DNA from: Candidatus Dojkabacteria bacterium | GTDB lineage: Bacteria > Patescibacteriota > Dojkabacteria > SC72 | DNA: 64,000 nucleotides | Assembly: GCA_018056375.1 (NCBI GenBank) | Contig: JAGPFQ010000001.1 | Coordinates: 432,448 to 496,447 of the forward strand | Reading direction: 5' to 3' | Part shown: in pieces, positions 60,321-64,000 of the stretch | Layout: the number at the start of each line of letters is the position of its first letter | Position numbering within the stretch: position 1 is the stretch's first letter | The notes under the pieces: model-generated | The model's database searches: none | What the model saw: only the letters and a program-made list of their open reading frames with translations | Told to the model about the DNA's origin: nothing | Made by a program: the position numbers and the translations under genes

Positions 60321-60691
60321 ATTTTACATATAAATTCACCTCCAAGGTTTTGTGACTTTGCCATTGCTCCAGTCATTAAGCCTTTTGATGTACTAATAAC
60401 AGAGATACCCCTTCCATTCATGATAGGAACAATTTCTTTCTTTGTTACATAGATTCTCTGTCCTGGCTTACTAACTTTTTGTAATTTTGTAATAACAGGT
60501 TCCTTTTCGTTGTATGCAATCTTAACAATTATATCTTTATCATCAATTTTATAATCCTCAATCATCCCCTCTCCTTTGACTACTTCTAGGATTGAAGCAT
60601 TCATTTTCGTATTAATGACAGCAACTTCATCCTTTCTTCTCATTATTGCATTTTGTATTCTTGTGAGCATATCTGCTACTAAATCGTTCAT
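60314..60691 (-). CDS. rpsH: 30S ribosomal protein S8
   Basis: 'MNDLVADMLTRIQNA' N-terminus. Confidence 0.9.
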   Translation of the reverse strand: MNDLVADMLTRIQNAIMRRKDEVAVINTKMNASILEVVKGEGMIEDYKIDDKDIIVKIAYNEKEPVITKLQKVSKPGQRIYVTKKEIVPIMNGRGISVISTSKGLMTGAMAKSQNLGGEFICKIW

Positions 60692-60707
60692 ATTTTTATT
60701 TATTAAA

Positions 60708-60902
60708 TTACCAAACAGATTTTTTTACTCCAGGGATCTTACCCTGACTAGCTAATTGCTTAAAACATATTCTACAAAGACCATAGTGTCTTAAATACCC
60801 CCTTGCTCTACCACATTCTCCACACCTATTGTACACCCTTGTGCTGTACTTCGATTTCTTTTTTAATGCTTTTGCTTTGTATTCTTTAGCTGCGCTTGAC
60901 AT
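60708..60902 (-). CDS. rpsZ: 30S ribosomal protein S14, Zn-ribbon (type Z, 64 aa)
   Basis: '[22 protein letters not shown]' C4 motif. Confidence 0.9.
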   Translation of the reverse strand: MSSAAKEYKAKALKKKSKYSTRVYNRCGECGRARGYLRHYGLCRICFKQLASQGKIPGVKKSVW

Positions 60903-61440
60903 TCTTTATAAATGGGAATCCAAATTTATCTAAAAGTGCTTTTCCACCCTCATCATCTTTTGCTGTGGTAACTATTGTTACTTCAAGACTTCTTATCTTA
61001 GTCACATTGTTAGGATCAATTTCAATAAATACGGTGTGGTCCTCAATTCCTAATGAGTAATTACCAGAACCATCAAAAGACTTTGGGCTTAATCCTCTAA
61101 AGTCCTTTGTTCTTGGTAAAACAACATTTATTAACTTGTCAAAAAACTGCCACATTCTATCACCCCTAAGTGTTGCTGACACCCCTATCTCCATTCCTTC
61201 TCTAATTTTAAACGCAGAAACTGCTTTTTTGGCTTTGTTTACAACAGGTTTCTGTCCTGTTATCTTTGTAACTATTTCAACAATTTCTTCCAAAGCTCCT
61301 TTGTTTTCAACTGCTTCTCCTGCACCAACATTTACAACAATTTTCCTTAATGTAGGAACCTCCATCACATTAGTGAGATTATGTTCCTTCATTAATTCTC
61401 CAACTATTCTTTTTTTGTATTCTTCTTGTAATCTATTCAT
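60886..61440 (-). CDS. rplE: 50S ribosomal protein L5
   Basis: '[29 protein letters not shown]'. Confidence 0.9.
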   Translation of the reverse strand: MNRLQEEYKKRIVGELMKEHNLTNVMEVPTLRKIVVNVGAGEAVENKGALEEIVEIVTKITGQKPVVNKAKKAVSAFKIREGMEIGVSATLRGDRMWQFFDKLINVVLPRTKDFRGLSPKSFDGSGNYSLGIEDHTVFIEIDPNNVTKIRSLEVTIVTTAKDDEGGKALLDKFGFPFIKNVKRS

Positions 61441-61442
61441 AA

Positions 61443-61865
61443 TTATTTTTTACTTGTTTTTTCTTTTTCAACTTTTTTCTCAGTTTTCTTATTTGTTTTC
61501 TTTTCATCCTTTTTCTTTGTATCTGTCTTTGGTACAGATACTGCTTTTGCTTCTTTTTCAACAATATCCTTGTTACACTTCTTACAAACTCTTACTCTCT
61601 TCCCTTCTTCTCTTATTAATCCAACTCTTGTTGTCTTATTACAGTTTGGACAAACTAAAATAACTTTTGACAACTCAAATGGTTTTTCAATTGTCAAAAT
61701 CTCAGAAACCCTAGTTCTACCATCACCCTTTAAATGTCTTTTGTAGAGATTTAAACCTTCTACAATGACACTGTTCTTCTTGGGACTAACTGCAACAACA
61801 GTTCCCTGTTTTCCAGCTTCCTTTCCGTATAGTATTTGTACTTTGTCTCCTTTTTTAATCTTCAT
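61443..61865 (-). CDS. rplX: 50S ribosomal protein L24 with C-terminal C4 zinc-ribbon and Lys-rich tail
   Basis: 'MKIKKGDKVQILYGKEAGKQGTV' KOW domain, then 'CPNCNK...CKKCNK', then a K-rich tail of about 35 residues. Confidence 0.85.
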   Translation of the reverse strand: MKIKKGDKVQILYGKEAGKQGTVVAVSPKKNSVIVEGLNLYKRHLKGDGRTRVSEILTIEKPFELSKVILVCPNCNKTTRVGLIREEGKRVRVCKKCNKDIVEKEAKAVSVPKTDTKKKDEKKTNKKTEKKVEKEKTSKK

Positions 61866-61879
61866 ATTTTTTCTTTTAA

Positions 61880-62251
61880 TTACAAAACTTCTGGTGCTAA
61901 AGATAATATCTTATCAAAACCACCTTCTTTTAATTCTCTTGCTACCGGACCAAAGATTCTAGTACCTTTTGGCGTTTTATTCTTAGGATCTATCAATACA
62001 ACAGCATTATCATCAAATCTTACATATGTTCCATCTTTTCGTCTCTCTTCCTTCTTTGTTCTTACTACAACAGCCTTATGCATCTCATGAGCCTTGATAG
62101 CAGTATTTGGAATCACTTTTCTAATCGATACTGTTACAATATCTCCAAGTCTTGCGTACCTAGTCTTTGAAGCACCAGGAATTCCTATTAACTTAGCAAC
62201 TCTTGCTCCACTGTTATCTGCGACTTTAAGTAAAGATTCCTTCTGTACCAT
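61880..62251 (-). CDS. rplN: 50S ribosomal protein L14
   Basis: '[17 protein letters not shown]'. Confidence 0.9.
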   Translation of the reverse strand: MVQKESLLKVADNSGARVAKLIGIPGASKTRYARLGDIVTVSIRKVIPNTAIKAHEMHKAVVVRTKKEERRKDGTYVRFDDNAVVLIDPKNKTPKGTRIFGPVARELKEGGFDKILSLAPEVL

Positions 62252-62253
62252 AA

Positions 62254-62523
62254 CTATGCCTCCTTCTCACCAACTTTACTTTCTACGACCCATCTTTTCT
62301 TCTTAGAGTATGGGCTAGATTCCTTAATCACAACTTTATCTCCTATCTCTAACTCCTCTTCTGTATGAGCAAAGTAGACCTTCTTCCTCTTGACCCTCTT
62401 CTTGTAGACAGGATGTGCTTCCAAAGTATCTACTCTTACCTTAACAGTTTTCTCCATACTGTTACCAGTAACTACTCCTTCTATTCTTCTTCTATTGTCT
62501 TTTTTTTCTGTTTTGTTTTCCAT
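62254..62523 (-). CDS. rpsQ: 30S ribosomal protein S17
   Basis: '[21 protein letters not shown]'. Only 51 nt separate it from rplP, so there is no L29 gene. Confidence 0.9.
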   Translation of the reverse strand: MENKTEKKDNRRRIEGVVTGNSMEKTVKVRVDTLEAHPVYKKRVKRKKVYFAHTEEELEIGDKVVIKESSPYSKKKRWVVESKVGEKEA

Positions 62524-62574
62524 TTTTACTTAAGTGCAGCTTGTATTTTACCAATTTATTCCTGTATTCTCAAG

Positions 62575-62988
62575 CTATATTTCCCTTTTTGTTATAAATT
62601 TACTTTTTACTGAAAACTTATGCCCTGCTAATCTCATTGCTTCTTTTGCTGTTTGCTCATCTACACCACCAATCTCTAGTAATACTGTGCCTGGGTAGAC
62701 AACTGCAACATAACCTTCAACTGTTCCTTTTCCTCCTTGCATCTTACTGTTAACAGACCTGTTTGTGAAAGGCTTATGTGGGAAAATTTTAATCCATACC
62801 TTTCCTTTCCTTTTTGTAAAACCTGCAACTGCTCGTCTTGCAGCTTCTATCTCTCTAGCATTAACCCAACCACGTTCCGTTGCTTTTAGTCCATAGTCAC
62901 CAAAGTCAACCTTATTGTTTACGGTAGCGACTCCCCCTCTTTTTCCTCTAAATTCTTTTGTGTATTTTCTCTTCTTTGGCTGCAACAT
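62575..62988 (-). CDS. rplP: 50S ribosomal protein L16
   Basis: 'MLQPKKRKYTKEFRGKRGG'. Confidence 0.9.
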   Translation of the reverse strand: MLQPKKRKYTKEFRGKRGGVATVNNKVDFGDYGLKATERGWVNAREIEAARRAVAGFTKRKGKVWIKIFPHKPFTNRSVNSKMQGGKGTVEGYVAVVYPGTVLLEIGGVDEQTAKEAMRLAGHKFSVKSKFITKREI

Positions 62989-63005
62989 ATATCTATATTA
63001 AAATA

Positions 63006-63659
63006 TTATTCTTCATTCTCACTTGTATTATCATCTTCACCCCCTCTATATATCCATACCTTTACACCCATCAAACCAGCATCCATTGTTTGTGCTGCTT
63101 CAAATGCATAATCTACATCAGCTCTTAATGTTTGAGCTGGTACTGAACCTGAACCTGCTTTCACTGTTCTTGCTTGGCTTGCATTATTTATTCTTCCAGA
63201 AATCCAAATTTTCGTTCCCTTGGCCCCTGCTGCCATAATCTTTTCAATTGCACTTGCAACAAGTAGCTTCGATGGTTGTCTTCTCTCAATACCATCAGCA
63301 ATTGTTCTTGCAACAATTTTTGCTGAGAGGTCTGCTTTCCTAATCTCTTTTATCTTAAGTTCTATTTCTGATTTTGTAATTCTCTTAAGCTCCTTTTGAA
63401 GCAAATCTATCCCTTCGCCACCTCTACCGATAGCAACTCCCGGTCTTGCAACATACACTAATACATCAATCTTGTTTGCTGACCTCCTTATTCTAATTCT
63501 ATCAATACCTGCATCCTTCATGGATTTATGTATCATCTTTTTTATTTTCAAATCCTGTGCCAAGATTTGAGGATACTTCGTTTTATGTGCATACCATGCA
63601 GAGTCCCACTCTTTGTTTATCCCTATTCTTATAGCTTTTGGATGTACTTTTCTTCCCAT
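63006..63659 (-). CDS. rpsC: 30S ribosomal protein S3
   Basis: 'MGRKVHPKAIRIGINKEWDSAWYA' with KH domain. Confidence 0.9.
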   Translation of the reverse strand: MGRKVHPKAIRIGINKEWDSAWYAHKTKYPQILAQDLKIKKMIHKSMKDAGIDRIRIRRSANKIDVLVYVARPGVAIGRGGEGIDLLQKELKRITKSEIELKIKEIRKADLSAKIVARTIADGIERRQPSKLLVASAIEKIMAAGAKGTKIWISGRINNASQARTVKAGSGSVPAQTLRADVDYAFEAAQTMDAGLMGVKVWIYRGGEDDNTSENEE

Positions 63660-63661
63660 TT

Positions 63662-64000
63662 TTACTTTACTGTTAATTCTAAATTAATATGTGACCTTCT
63701 TTTATCAATTCTTGACACTCTACCTCTAGATTCAAATCTTGTTCTTTTCAATATTCTTGCTTCATCTACTGTTATTTTACTAATTTCTAAGGATTCAGCA
63801 CCTACAGAGTGCAGTTCCTTTGCATTTGCCACCCCAGAAAGGATAGCTTTCTTTACAATTAAAGCTCCTTTCTTGTTGAGCAAGTCCAACATCTCTAATG
63901 CTTCTTGAGCATTCTTTCCTCTTACTAAATCAACAACCAACCTCAATTTAAGAGGTGATTGTGCAATATTTTTAACTTTTACTGTTACTGTTTTTTCTTT
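63662..64000 (-). CDS. rplV: 50S ribosomal protein L22, 5' end outside the window
   Basis: 'RLVVDLVRGKNAQEALEMLD...RIDKRRSHINLELTV'. The frame stays open to the window edge. The 'M' in the ORF track is a TTG codon. Confidence 0.85.
   Translation of the reverse strand, partial: KEKTVTVKVKNIAQSPLKLRLVVDLVRGKNAQEALEMLDLLNKKGALIVKKAILSGVANAKELHSVGAESLEISKITVDEARILKRTRFESRGRVSRIDKRRSHINLELTVK

Noticed and set aside
61136-61663. 175-aa plus-strand ORF
   Set aside because: Antisense to rplE/rplX in the ribosomal operon.
63528-63908. 126-aa plus-strand ORF
   Set aside because: Antisense to rpsC/rplV in the ribosomal operon.

Overview
This is a low-GC (about 33%), gene-dense bacterial window that reads in the standard genetic code. 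Almost every long ORF is on the minus strand. The gene content points to a reduced-genome, Candidate-Phyla-Radiation/Patescibacteria-like lineage. There is no L30 between S5 and L15, no L29 between L16 and S17, and no map in the spc/alpha operon. The window carries two GreA paralogs. Many proteins are large, Cys-rich and membrane-anchored, and there is almost no biosynthetic capacity. The window divides into three parts. (i) 1-25.9 kb is housekeeping plus envelope genes: NrnA-like DHH/DHHA1 C-terminus, two ABC-2 permeases, LysRS, an L,D-transpeptidase, GlyRS, GreA, TrmD, Mpg glycosylase, a TPM/LemA/PH-domain trio, peptidase S51, tRNA-Glu(CUC), a second GreA, a CAP-domain protein, HU, RNase Y, EF-G, a TPR protein and an Rpf-like transglycosylase. 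(ii) 25.9-46 kb holds UvrD followed by a co-directional array of about 15 kb encoding secreted or membrane-anchored proteins: an Amidase_2+SH3b protein, an 870-aa cytoplasmic-domain/TM/M23-like peptidase, a signal-peptide polytopic membrane protein, a Cys-rich secreted protein, three paralogous proteins built on a purple-acid-phosphatase-N/FN3-like module, and a 1418-aa Cys-rich giant with internal tandem repeats. No ATPase is recognisable in the array, and tgt/queA lie just upstream. This array is the best candidate for an undescribed cell-surface or envelope system, possibly for host attachment or envelope remodelling. (iii) 46-64 kb holds fmt, an RNase P RNA gene that the ORF track cannot report, and the alpha/spc/S10 ribosomal-protein operon from rplV to rpsI with secY, adk, infA, rpmJ and rpoA. 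The operon is interrupted by an IS200-like Y1 (HUH) transposase, an alpha/beta hydrolase, and a 504-aa internally duplicated hypothetical protein bracketed by a roughly 28-bp direct repeat. No CRISPR array, no recognisable defence system and no rRNA were found.
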